Source: an uncultured Acidobacteriota bacterium (GTDB taxonomy: Bacteria > Acidobacteriota > Thermoanaerobaculia > UBA5066 > Gp7-AA6). Taken from it: 64,000 nt of DNA. Location: contig CAVXYF010000020.1 in NCBI GenBank assembly GCA_963765835.1, positions 20,731 to 84,730 of the forward strand, read 5' to 3'. Positions within the stretch are counted from its first letter, which is position 1. The number at the start of each line of letters is the position of its first letter. A model generated the notes under the pieces. That model had not been told where the DNA came from and ran no database searches. It saw only the letters and a list, made by a program, of their open reading frames with translations. Below, piece after piece: positions 47,994 to 56,477 of this stretch. A program made the translations under genes and the position numbers.

Positions 47994-50474
47994 TCAGTGC
48001 GCCAGCGGCCCTTCCGCCTCTTCCGCGTTCGCGGCCGCGAACATCAGGCGTCCGTCCTCGAACGCGGTATCGCGGAGCGTCACGGCCAGTGCCTCGCCGA
48101 GCGTCTCGACGGGGTGCACGTCCAGCTTCGCGCGCACCTCCTCGTTCAGGTCCTCGAGGTCGGCCTCGTTTTCCTTCGGGATCACGATGGTCGTGATTCC
48201 CGCGCGCACGGCCCCGAGGATCTTCTCCTTCAGGCCGCCGATCGGGAGCACCCGTCCGGAGATCGTGATCTCGCCGGTCATCGCGACGTCGTTGCGCACC
48301 GCGCGCTTCGACAACGCTGAGACGAGCGCCGACGCCATCGCGATTCCGGCGGAGGGGCCGTCCTTGGGGATCGCCCCGGCCGGGACGTGCACGTGGACGT
48401 CGCGCCGGAAGTCGGTCTCGTCGATGCCGAGCCACCCCGCGTGGGACCGCGCGAACGTCCACGCTGCCCGCGCCGACTCCTTCATCACGTCGCCCAGCTG
48501 GCCGGTCAAGATCAACTCACCCTTGCCGCGCATGAGCGACGCCTCGACGAACATGATGTCTCCGCCGGCCGGCGTGTAGTACATGCCGGTCGCGATTCCG
48601 ACCTGGTCCTCGCGAGCCATCTTCTCGGGATGGACCCGCGGCCGGCCGAGGAGTCCGCGGACGTCCTCCTGCTTGACGGTCTGCGTCTCGACGTCGTGAG
48701 CCGCGATCCGGCGGGCCACCTTCCGCGCCAGCTTCCCGAGCTCGCGCTCGAGCTGCCGGACCCCGGACTCCCGCGTGTAGCTCGAAATGACTTCCAGGAC
48801 GGCGCCCTCTTCCATCGAGAGCTGCGCCGCGGAGAGGCCGTTCTCCTCCAGCTGCCGCGGAACGAGATAGCTCTTCGCGATCTGGAGCTTCTCCTCCTCG
48901 GTGTAGCCGGCGAACGTGACCGTCTCCATCCGGTCGAGCAGCGGTCCCGGGATGTTCTGGATGAAGTTGGCCGTGGCGATGAAGAGGACCTCCGAGAGGT
49001 CGAACGGAACCGCCAGGTAGTGATCCGTGAAGCTGTCGTTCTGCGCGGGGTCCAGGACCTCGAGCAGCGCCGACGCGGGGTCGCCCTGGTACGAGACGCC
49101 CAGCTTGTCGACCTCGTCGAGAAGGAAGACCGGGTTCAACGTCCCCGCCTGCTTCATACCCTGGAGGATCCGCCCGGGCATCGCACCGATGTACGTCCGC
49201 CGGTGGCCGCGGATGTCGGCCTCGTCCCGCGCGCCGCCGAGGGAAATGCGGACGTACTTGCGTCCCATCGCGCGCGCGATCGACTTCGCGATCGAGGTCT
49301 TGCCCACGCCCGGGGGGCCGGCGAACAGGAGAATGCGTCCGCGCGCCCGCGCGGACTTGCGCAGCGCGTCCTTGGGAGCGCCCGGCTCCGGAGAGGGTTC
49401 CGCCTCGACGGCGGCCTCGGTCTCCTTCGCCTTCTCGGTCGCCTGGGTCAGCTGCCGGACCGCGAGGAACTCGAGGATCCGGTCCTTCACGTCCTTCAGG
49501 CCGTAGTGGTCCTCGTCCAGGACTCTCGCGGCTTCCTGCACATCCAGGTGCTCTTCGCTTCGCGAGTTCCACGGCAGCTCCGCGATCGTCTCCACGTAGG
49601 TGCGGATGACCTGCGACTCCATGGACTCGCGGCCGATGCGGGTCAGCCGCGCCCACTCGCGGTCGACTTCCTTGCGCGCTTCCTCGGGGAGGTCGAGCGC
49701 ATCGAGCTTCGCGCGCAGCTCCTTCAGGGACTCGTCGTCGGCGCCTTCTCCCTCGCCGAGCTCGCGCTGGATCGCCTTAAGTTGCTCGCGCAGGTACATC
49801 TCGCGCTGCCGGCCGCCCAGCTCCTCCTTCACCTTCTCCTGGATGTCCTCCTGCGCCGAGAGGACGTCGATCAGCCGCTGCACGTGAATGAGAACGCGGC
49901 GAAGCCGGTCCTCCACGGAAAGGGTCTCGAGCAGGGCCTGGCGCTCGGCGGGCGGGATCTCGATGTAACCGGCCACGAGGTCCGCGAGCCGGCCCGGCTC
50001 GTCGACCTCGGCGAGGATCTGGTTGACCGCCTCCTCCGGGAGGCCCATCTTCTTGCCGAGCTCCGCGGCACGCTCGCGCGCCTCGCGGTGCAGGGCCATG
50101 AATGCCGCGTCGTGCGAGTCGAGCGGCGTCATCTCGCGGGCTTCCTGAACGGTTGCCTCGAGATACCCCTTCTTCGACGCGTAGCGCAGCGCGATCCCCC
50201 TCGACTCGCCCTGGAGCAGGAGGCGGATGCCGCCCAGTCCCCGCTGGACCGAGCCGAGCGTGGCGATCGTGCCGATGGTGTAGAGATTCTCCGGGGCGAC
50301 TTCGTCGCCGTCCTGGCGCTGCGCCACCGCGAAAACGCGCTTGTCCGAGCCGTTCATGGCGGCCTCGATCGCGCGAAGCGTGAAAGGCCGTCCGGCGTTG
50401 ATCGGAAGTCCGACGCCCGGGAAGAGAACCGAGTTGCGCATCGGGACGACCGGTAAGTTCAGAGATTCCGACAT
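47994..50474 (-). CDS. lon: Lon protease
   Basis: N-domain [11 protein letters not shown], Walker [17 protein letters not shown], catalytic PKDGPSAG and GGLKEK. Confidence 0.97.
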   Translation of the reverse strand: MSESLNLPVVPMRNSVLFPGVGLPINAGRPFTLRAIEAAMNGSDKRVFAVAQRQDGDEVAPENLYTIGTIATLGSVQRGLGGIRLLLQGESRGIALRYASKKGYLEATVQEAREMTPLDSHDAAFMALHREARERAAELGKKMGLPEEAVNQILAEVDEPGRLADLVAGYIEIPPAERQALLETLSVEDRLRRVLIHVQRLIDVLSAQEDIQEKVKEELGGRQREMYLREQLKAIQRELGEGEGADDESLKELRAKLDALDLPEEARKEVDREWARLTRIGRESMESQVIRTYVETIAELPWNSRSEEHLDVQEAARVLDEDHYGLKDVKDRILEFLAVRQLTQATEKAKETEAAVEAEPSPEPGAPKDALRKSARARGRILLFAGPPGVGKTSIAKSIARAMGRKYVRISLGGARDEADIRGHRRTYIGAMPGRILQGMKQAGTLNPVFLLDEVDKLGVSYQGDPASALLEVLDPAQNDSFTDHYLAVPFDLSEVLFIATANFIQNIPGPLLDRMETVTFAGYTEEEKLQIAKSYLVPRQLEENGLSAAQLSMEEGAVLEVISSYTRESGVRQLERELGKLARKVARRIAAHDVETQTVKQEDVRGLLGRPRVHPEKMAREDQVGIATGMYYTPAGGDIMFVEASLMRGKGELILTGQLGDVMKESARAAWTFARSHAGWLGIDETDFRRDVHVHVPAGAIPKDGPSAGIAMASALVSALSKRAVRNDVAMTGEITISGRVLPIGGLKEKILGAVRAGITTIVIPKENEADLEDLNEEVRAKLDVHPVETLGEALAVTLRDTAFEDGRLMFAAANAEEAEGPLAH

Positions 50475-50649
50475 GTCTTCAAGCCCCTTCCTGATGAAAC
50501 GAATTCACACTCGAAATACGACGCCGCCTCCCGACCGGGTTCCGGGTGGCCGCGACCTGCCGTTGCGGGGCGTCTGCGGCGTGTCGGGAGGCGAAAGATC
50601 CGGGGATCGAAACGAACCCGTCGTCGCGCGAATTCCGAGGCGCCGGGGG

Positions 50650-51222
50650 CTAGCGGCCCTTCGGCCGGCGCCGGGGCGCTGACTTTTTCGCTCGCCGGCT
50701 GCGCCCGGGGAAGTCCGACGCCTTCGCCCGCTGCGTCCGTCCGAGATCCGGCTTCTTCCCGGTGACCATTCCTCTCAAGAGCTCGAAGAGCACGACGGGC
50801 TGGGGCTTCTTGATGTCGAGGAAGCTCGCGGAGTGCGCCCGGACCTTGATGAGGATCATTCGCGGATCTTCGGGGCCGCCGTCCTTCTTTCCGCCCTCGT
50901 CTCCGAACCACGCTTTCCAGTCGGGCTCGTAGAGCTCCCGGATCTTGCGGCGATTCTTGGTCGTCTCCGCTATACCCGAAACAGAAACGTATTCCCGGGT
51001 CCGGTCTTTGTAGTACGAGAGGTTCACGTGGGGATCGCGGGCGATCTCGCCCAGCTTGGCCGCGCCCTCGTACGTGACGAACCAGAAGTCCGCGCCGGGG
51101 GAGCGCTTCTGGGTCGCCATGGGCCGCGAGACGAGGTGGCCGTCGCGCCGCCGCGTCGTGAACATCGCGGTTTCGATTCCCTCGACGAGATCGTAGAGCT
51201 CACGGATCTTGCGGGATGCCAC
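50650..51222 (-). CDS. Pyridoxamine 5'-phosphate oxidase-like / general stress protein 26
   Basis: AMFTT...GHLVSRPM, FWF, VSVSG.A, W..WF..G..DP. Confidence 0.82.
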   Translation of the reverse strand: MASRKIRELYDLVEGIETAMFTTRRRDGHLVSRPMATQKRSPGADFWFVTYEGAAKLGEIARDPHVNLSYYKDRTREYVSVSGIAETTKNRRKIRELYEPDWKAWFGDEGGKKDGGPEDPRMILIKVRAHSASFLDIKKPQPVVLFELLRGMVTGKKPDLGRTQRAKASDFPGRSRRAKKSAPRRRPKGR

Positions 51223-51283
51223 GCGGACTCCTTTCGTTTTCGCGACTCCGCAGGGAGCAAGAAGTGAGCCACGAGACGGTGAG

Positions 51284-51727
51284 TCAGCCGCTCCGAGGGG
51301 GAGGGTTCGACGTCTCCTCCACGAATGGCGCGAGCCTCTCGCGGATTTCGGACGGCACGGGAACCTTCCCGAAATCCTTCTGACGCACGCAGACCAGGAC
51401 GTAGCGGCCGCTCGCGACGACCTCCGGCTCCGACTTGCGCCGCACTTCGAAGTCGAGGTGCACCGACGTGCGGCCGATCCGGCTGAAGTACGCCTCGACC
51501 ACCAGAAGCTCGTCGAGCTTGACCGGCCGGAAGAAGCTGCACTCGACCCGGACGCGCGGCAGCCAGATCCCGAGCGACTCGAACAGGTACCGGTAGTTCA
51601 ACCCGGCCGACCGCAGGAGCTCCGCTTCCGCCAGCGCGAAGAACCGAAGGTACGCCTGGTAGTTGATGATGCCGGCGGCGTCGATGTCCTCCCAGCGGAC
51701 GTATTCCTCGATCGAGTAGCGGGCCAC
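51284..51727 (-). CDS. Hot-dog fold acyl-CoA thioesterase (YbgC/4HBT-like)
   Basis: VRWEDIDAAGIINYQAY, C.FFRPVKLDE, IGRTS. Confidence 0.88.
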   Translation of the reverse strand: MARYSIEEYVRWEDIDAAGIINYQAYLRFFALAEAELLRSAGLNYRYLFESLGIWLPRVRVECSFFRPVKLDELLVVEAYFSRIGRTSVHLDFEVRRKSEPEVVASGRYVLVCVRQKDFGKVPVPSEIRERLAPFVEETSNPPPRSG

Positions 51728-51767
51728 GGCGCGAGCTTACGCCGCCGCTCGGCGAAAACTGGGGCGG

Positions 51768-52580
51768 CTACGCCACCGCCGCCGGGCGGCAGGCCTCGCA
51801 CGGGCGGTAGCCGGCCTCCAGCGCCTCGCGATGCGACGCGAAGTGCACGCGGTTGTCGCGCATGAGCGCGTCGATGCCGCCACAGGTCGGGAAGCAGAAG
51901 TACTTCTCCTCTTCGTTCCCAAAGTAGCGAACGCCGGAGGAGGCGAGCTTCTCGAGCGTTGCGGGCTGCGCGCCCTCGGCCTCGAGGAGCGTCCTCTTGT
52001 TGCGCGGTCCGCCCAGGGAGTAGTTGCCGATGTGGCCGTCGCTGCGCACCACCCGGTGGCAGGGGATCAGCACGGGCACCGGGTTCTTGGCGAGCGCCGA
52101 TCCCGTCGCGCGCACCGCGTCGGGGTGACCGATCTCGCGCGCGATCCAGCTGTACGGCCGAACCTCGCCGCGCGGAATCTCGAAGGCCTTCCGGAGGACC
52201 GACTGTTCGAACTCCGAGAGGCCCCGGAGGTCGAAACGCAGGTTGGCGTCCCGCGCCCGGAGGCGCCCCGCCACCACGGCCCGGACGTTGGACGGCGGCT
52301 GCCCGGTATCCGATTCGATGGGACGCCCCGTCCGGCTCTCGAACGCCCTTTCGAAGTCGCGCGCCGTCCGCGCCCGCGAGACCATCGAGATCCCCTGACG
52401 GCTGCGGGCCACGTAGATGCGGCCGATCGGAGTCTCGATCGGCCAGTAGGTGTCGTTCAGGCCGACCCGCTTCAGCACCGCCGGCAGCAGGGACCGGGGA
52501 GCGCGCTCGCGGGGCAGCGCGGACAGGGAACGCGCCATGGCGAGGGTCTCCGAGGCGGTGGCTTTCTCGTTCGTTTTCAT
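51768..52580 (-). CDS. O6-alkylguanine-DNA alkyltransferase fused to a C-terminal Ada zinc-binding domain
   Basis: EIPRGEVRPY..IA..IG.P.AVRATG.AL..NPVP..IPCHRVV, then FCFPTC...FAS..EALEAGYRPCEACRP with four Cys. No AraC HTH. Confidence 0.92.
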   Translation of the reverse strand: MKTNEKATASETLAMARSLSALPRERAPRSLLPAVLKRVGLNDTYWPIETPIGRIYVARSRQGISMVSRARTARDFERAFESRTGRPIESDTGQPPSNVRAVVAGRLRARDANLRFDLRGLSEFEQSVLRKAFEIPRGEVRPYSWIAREIGHPDAVRATGSALAKNPVPVLIPCHRVVRSDGHIGNYSLGGPRNKRTLLEAEGAQPATLEKLASSGVRYFGNEEEKYFCFPTCGGIDALMRDNRVHFASHREALEAGYRPCEACRPAAVA

Positions 52581-53260
52581 GATGTCGACCTCTTGGCGCG
52601 CCGGGAGTCGGTGATGGCTCGGCGCAGAAGATTAACGGCGCGGTGGACGTTCGATTTCGCGGTGCCCAGCGGTTGCTTCAGAATCGTCGCGACTTCTTCG
52701 AGCCGCAGTCCCTCGACGTAGCGCAGGATGATCGCCGCGCGGTAGCGCTCCGGAAGCGTCGCCACGAGCGTCGCCAGTCCGGCGCGATCCTGCTCCTGCT
52801 CGAGGCGGGAGTCCGGGCGCCGGCCGGCGTCGTCCGGCGCTTCCCAGGCCTGGCGCGCCGCCTCGCCGTCGGCGCCGCCGTTCTCGAACGACACCAGGCG
52901 AACTCGTTTCCCCCTCCACTTGTTGCGCGCGACGTTCAACGTGATCCGGTAGAGCCACGCCTGGAGCGAGAGTGCACGGATGCGCTCCGCGGGATACGTC
53001 TTCAAAGCTCGATACGCGCGGACGAAGGAGTCCTGCGCGACCTCCTCGGCGTCCTCCCGGTTTCCGCAGAGGCGTAGGGCGAACGAGAACAGGCGGTCCT
53101 GAAAGGTGCGGACCAGCGACTCGAACGCCGCGTCGAGGTCGGCGGCGAGGTCCAGGGCCAGGGAGTCGGCCGGAGGCATCGCTGCGTGTCCTTTCACGAG
53201 CCGGAGCCCGGATGAGTCAAATGGAGTCGGAGAACCCTCGGTCAGGCACGTCGTGCTCAT
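52577..53260 (-). CDS. ECF sigma factor
   Basis: Region 2 DAEEVAQDSFVRAY...AWLYRITLNVARN; region 4 LPERYRAAIILRYVEGL..EEVA.IL..PLGT.KS..HRA; ATGA overlap with the downstream gene. Confidence 0.93.
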   Translation of the reverse strand: MSTTCLTEGSPTPFDSSGLRLVKGHAAMPPADSLALDLAADLDAAFESLVRTFQDRLFSFALRLCGNREDAEEVAQDSFVRAYRALKTYPAERIRALSLQAWLYRITLNVARNKWRGKRVRLVSFENGGADGEAARQAWEAPDDAGRRPDSRLEQEQDRAGLATLVATLPERYRAAIILRYVEGLRLEEVATILKQPLGTAKSNVHRAVNLLRRAITDSRRAKRSTS

Positions 53261-53280
53261 GGCGACCTCTCATGAGGAAA

Positions 53281-53307
53281 AACACGCCCGAGCTCGAAAA
53301 GGTTGCA
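53281..53307 (-). promoter_or_regulatory. Candidate ECF-type (autoregulatory) promoter
   Basis: Minus strand TGCAACC-N14-CGTGTT ends ~20 nt before ATG 53260, which has SD GAGAGG. Confidence 0.4.
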
Positions 53308-53322
53308 GGGTAAAACCGCGGG

Positions 53323-54315
53323 TCAGGCCGGCACCCGGACGTGCTGGAGGCGCTCCTCGATCGCCCGCGCGATCCAGGCAGCGTGGTGCCGGCTGTTCTC
53401 GATGAAGATGTGCCCCACGTCGGTCCCGCCGAGGATCGCGCCGGCCAGGTAGAGGCCCGGGACGTTCGACTCGAGCGTTTCGCCGTCGTGCGCGGGGACT
53501 CTCTGGGGTCCCTGGAGCCGGATCCCGCAGCGCTCGAAGAGGGCGAAGTCCGGCTCGTAACCGATCAACGGAAAGACCGCGTCCGCATGGACCGACTCGC
53601 TTCCGGCCGGCGTCTCGATCCGGACGGTATCCGGGGTGATCTCCACGATCCGGGCATCGAAGAACGCCCCCACCGAGCCGGCCCGGATCCGGTTCTCCAG
53701 GTCCGGCTTGATCCAGTACTTCACCCTCTCCGAAATAGCGGGGCCGCGCACGAGGAGCGTGACCCGGGCGCCGTGCCGATAGAGATCGAGCGCCGCTTCC
53801 GCCGCGGAGTTCTTACCGCCGATGACGACGACCCGGAGGCCGTGGAAGGGATACCCGGAGACGAAACGGCGCCGGACGTGGGGGAGATCCTCGCCCGGAA
53901 CGCCCAGACGGCGCGGGTTGCGAAAGAAGCCGGTCGCGAGGATCGCGGCGGGGGCCGCGAATCGCCGGTCCCCAAGGCGGCCGCGAACCGAGACGTCGAG
54001 GGCGCCGTCTGTCCGCGGCTGGATCGCGACGATCTCCGTGTCCGGGACCGTCCGGACGTCGAATTTTTCGGCGACGCTCCGGTAGTAGGCCAGGCTCTCC
54101 AGCCGAGTCGGGTGCGCGTCGGGAACTCCGAACGGCACTCCGGCGATGTCGAGAAGGTCACGCGTCGAGAACCAGCGCATCTCCTCCGGGAAGTCGTAAA
54201 TCGACTGGAGGATGTGGCCGCGGTCGTAGCAGGTCGCGTCGATGCCCCGTTTTCCGAGCTCGATCGCGCAGGCGATTCCGGTCGGACCCGCTCCGACGAT
54301 CGCGACGGGTTCCAC
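53323..54315 (-). CDS. ypdA: YpdA-family putative bacillithiol disulfide reductase
   Basis: IVGAGPTG, SIYDFP..M.WFST, VIGGKNSA, YWIKPD.ENRI, YLAG, FIENSR.H. Confidence 0.85.
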   Translation of the reverse strand: MEPVAIVGAGPTGIACAIELGKRGIDATCYDRGHILQSIYDFPEEMRWFSTRDLLDIAGVPFGVPDAHPTRLESLAYYRSVAEKFDVRTVPDTEIVAIQPRTDGALDVSVRGRLGDRRFAAPAAILATGFFRNPRRLGVPGEDLPHVRRRFVSGYPFHGLRVVVIGGKNSAAEAALDLYRHGARVTLLVRGPAISERVKYWIKPDLENRIRAGSVGAFFDARIVEITPDTVRIETPAGSESVHADAVFPLIGYEPDFALFERCGIRLQGPQRVPAHDGETLESNVPGLYLAGAILGGTDVGHIFIENSRHHAAWIARAIEERLQHVRVPA

Positions 54316-54356
54316 GGACCGATTCTATGGGTCGGGACGCGGCCGTAGCGCCCCTT

Positions 54357-54427
54357 GGACTGCGGCGGGTGCAGACCTTTTTGGACTGCTGCGGGTGCAG
54401 GCCCCTTCGGGACCTGTCCCCGCGACT
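54357..54427 (-). repeat. Dispersed palindromic repeat, one partial and one full copy, after the DUF4097 stop
   Basis: GGACTGCGGCGGGTGCAGACC, then TTTTT, then GGACTGCTGCGGGTGCAGGCCCCTTCGGGACCTGTCCCCGCGACT. Confidence 0.88.
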
Positions 54428-54430
54428 TGC

Positions 54431-55387
54431 TTAGAGGCCCTGGATGCGGACTCCGCCGCCGCTCGTCCGCAACCGCAGCAGCTCGCCGCCGCCTCCCATG
54501 TTTCCCTGCAGCTTCCCGCGGGAAATCGAGCCCTCCACGGTGATGGGGACGTCCGCCCTGACCGAGTTTCCCGACGCGTCGATATGCAACCCGACGGCCG
54601 GGTCGATCGAGACCTCGATTCCGCCGCCCGAAGTCTCCAGCGTTCCGCCGCGCCCGTTGCCGCGCGCGAAAGAGGCTTCGATGCCGCCGCCGGACGTGTC
54701 GGCCTCGATGCGGCCGCCCGCCTCGAAGATATGAATGCCGCCCCCGGAGCTGTGCGCGCGGATGTCGCCCGAGACGCGGTCCAGGCGCACGGAGCCTCCG
54801 CTCGTGTCCGCGTCGATCGGGCCGTCGATCTCGCGGCCCTCGATTCCGCCGCCCGAGGTCTCGACGTTCACCCGCCCCCGGATTCGCTCCAGGTCGATCC
54901 CGCCGCCCGACGTGTGTCCCTCGAGGTCGCCGGAGAGATCCTGAACGTGGATTCCGCCGCCGGAGGTTTCGAGCTTCGCCTCCGACCGCAGGGCCGCGAT
55001 CCGGATCGCCCCGCCCGACGTATCGATGTCGACCGCCGTCTGGGTGGGGACCTGGATCTCGAAGTGGACGTCTCCGCCCGAACGATTCCAGGGGAAGAGG
55101 TGCCCGTGCCGGCGCCGCGCGGTGACGGAGACCGCTCCGGCGTCCTCCCGGAAGGTGAACCGGAGCAGCTCGTCGAGCTCGCGCCTGCGGGAGGTCACGA
55201 CCAGCCGGGCCCCCGGAGCGCTCGTACCCGTGACGGTGACGCTGCCGAGGTCGGTCTGAATGGAGAACCGTCCGCCGGGATCGAGCCGAAGCGCCTTTTC
55301 CATCCGGGATTCCGCCCGGGCGCCCAGAGCCGGAAGGACGATTCCTGCGAAAAGGAGCGCGGCGCGGCCGGTGTTCGGCAGTTTCAT
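54431..55387 (-). CDS. DUF4097 family beta-strand repeat protein (exported)
   Basis: Signal peptide plus about 8 (D/E/H)TSGG.I repeats. Confidence 0.9.
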   Translation of the reverse strand: MKLPNTGRAALLFAGIVLPALGARAESRMEKALRLDPGGRFSIQTDLGSVTVTGTSAPGARLVVTSRRRELDELLRFTFREDAGAVSVTARRRHGHLFPWNRSGGDVHFEIQVPTQTAVDIDTSGGAIRIAALRSEAKLETSGGGIHVQDLSGDLEGHTSGGGIDLERIRGRVNVETSGGGIEGREIDGPIDADTSGGSVRLDRVSGDIRAHSSGGGIHIFEAGGRIEADTSGGGIEASFARGNGRGGTLETSGGGIEVSIDPAVGLHIDASGNSVRADVPITVEGSISRGKLQGNMGGGGELLRLRTSGGGVRIQGL

Positions 55388-56427
55388 GGAGACCTCCGTC
55401 TGCGGATGTCTAACGCAGGCGGGGGCCGAAGGTTCCTCCAAAGTGGCAAGTGGAGGCTTAAACACCGTCGCTGGACTGTTGCGGGTGCAGACCCCTTCGG
55501 GATCTGTCCCCGCGACTCTTCCTGGGTGGGGACGTCCGCGCCCTCAGGCTTGGTCTTCGCCCCCTTCTCCGGGGGGACAACGTGTTTCTCGATCCGCTCG
55601 GAGTAGGCCCGGGTGAACTCCGCGCCGAGCAGGACGATGAACGAGGCGTAGTAGACCCACAGGAGGATGACGATGACGGAGCCCGCCGCGCCGTACGTGG
55701 AGGAGATGGCGGCGCGGCCGAGGTAGAGGCCGATCGCCCACTTGCCGACGACGAAGAGGAGAGCGGTCACGAGCGCCCCGAGCCACACGTCGCGCCACGG
55801 AATCTTCCGGTCCGGGAGAACGCGGAAGACCAGCGCGAAGAGGACCGCGACCAGCAGGAACGAGACGATCGCGTTCAGCCACCCGAGCCACGCGGCCTGC
55901 GTCGCGAAGTAGCTCGCGACCCGGCTCTGAACCGCCTCCAGGCCGGCCGACAGGACCAGGGAGACGAGGAGGATGAACCCGATCGCGACGACGACCGCGA
56001 AGGACAGCAGGCGTTTCCGGAGGAAGTCCTTGATGAAGTGCCCGCTCTTCGGCTTGACCTCCCAGATGCGGTTCAGCGAGGCCTGGAGCTGGGCGAAGAC
56101 GGCTGTCGCGCTGACGATCAGCAGGATCGCTCCAAAAATCGCGGCCAGCCCGCTCGCCGGGTCGGTATTCGCCTTGGTCAGAACCGTCTGGACGAAGCCG
56201 GCCTGATCGCGACCCATCAGGCCTTCGAACTGCCGGACGAGGCGGCCCCGAACCGCGTCGGCGCCGAAAATCGAGCCGGCCACGGCGACTACGATGACCA
56301 GCAGGGGAGCGAGCGAGGAGACCGTGTAGAAAGCGAGCGCGGCGCTCTCCGACGTCGAGTCGTGCGCGAACCAGTTCTTGAAGGTGCGGACGATGACGTC
56401 GCGCCAGCGCTTGAACTTCACCTTCAC
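55384..56427 (-). CDS. YihY/BrkB family membrane protein; C-terminus extended through a repeat
   Basis: SAALAFY...SLAPLL, QLQASLNRIW, YGAAGS.IV.LLWVYY.S.I.LLGAEF. Confidence 0.9.
   Translation of the reverse strand: MKVKFKRWRDVIVRTFKNWFAHDSTSESAALAFYTVSSLAPLLVIVVAVAGSIFGADAVRGRLVRQFEGLMGRDQAGFVQTVLTKANTDPASGLAAIFGAILLIVSATAVFAQLQASLNRIWEVKPKSGHFIKDFLRKRLLSFAVVVAIGFILLVSLVLSAGLEAVQSRVASYFATQAAWLGWLNAIVSFLLVAVLFALVFRVLPDRKIPWRDVWLGALVTALLFVVGKWAIGLYLGRAAISSTYGAAGSVIVILLWVYYASFIVLLGAEFTRAYSERIEKHVVPPEKGAKTKPEGADVPTQEESRGQIPKGSAPATVQRRCLSLHLPLWRNLRPPPALDIRRRRSP
55409..55436 (-). promoter_or_regulatory. ECF-type promoter for the DUF4097 gene
   Basis: Minus strand GGAAC-N16-CGTTAG, followed by SD GGAGG and ATG 55387. 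Confidence 0.6.
55473..55517 (-). repeat. Dispersed palindromic repeat copy in the yihY 3' end
   Basis: GGACTGTTGCGGGTGCAGACCCCTTCGGGATCTGTCCCCGCGACT; a direct repeat of 54383-54427 with 3 mismatches. Confidence 0.9.
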
Positions 56428-56477
56428 GCGGCCCGATATCGCAAAGGATGTGCCCGGCGTCTGCTAGATTTCGAATC

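Noticed and set aside
53323-54315. ypdA as a novel occurrence outside Firmicutes
   Set aside because: YpdA-like proteins are known in other phyla, and no bacillithiol synthesis genes here add context.
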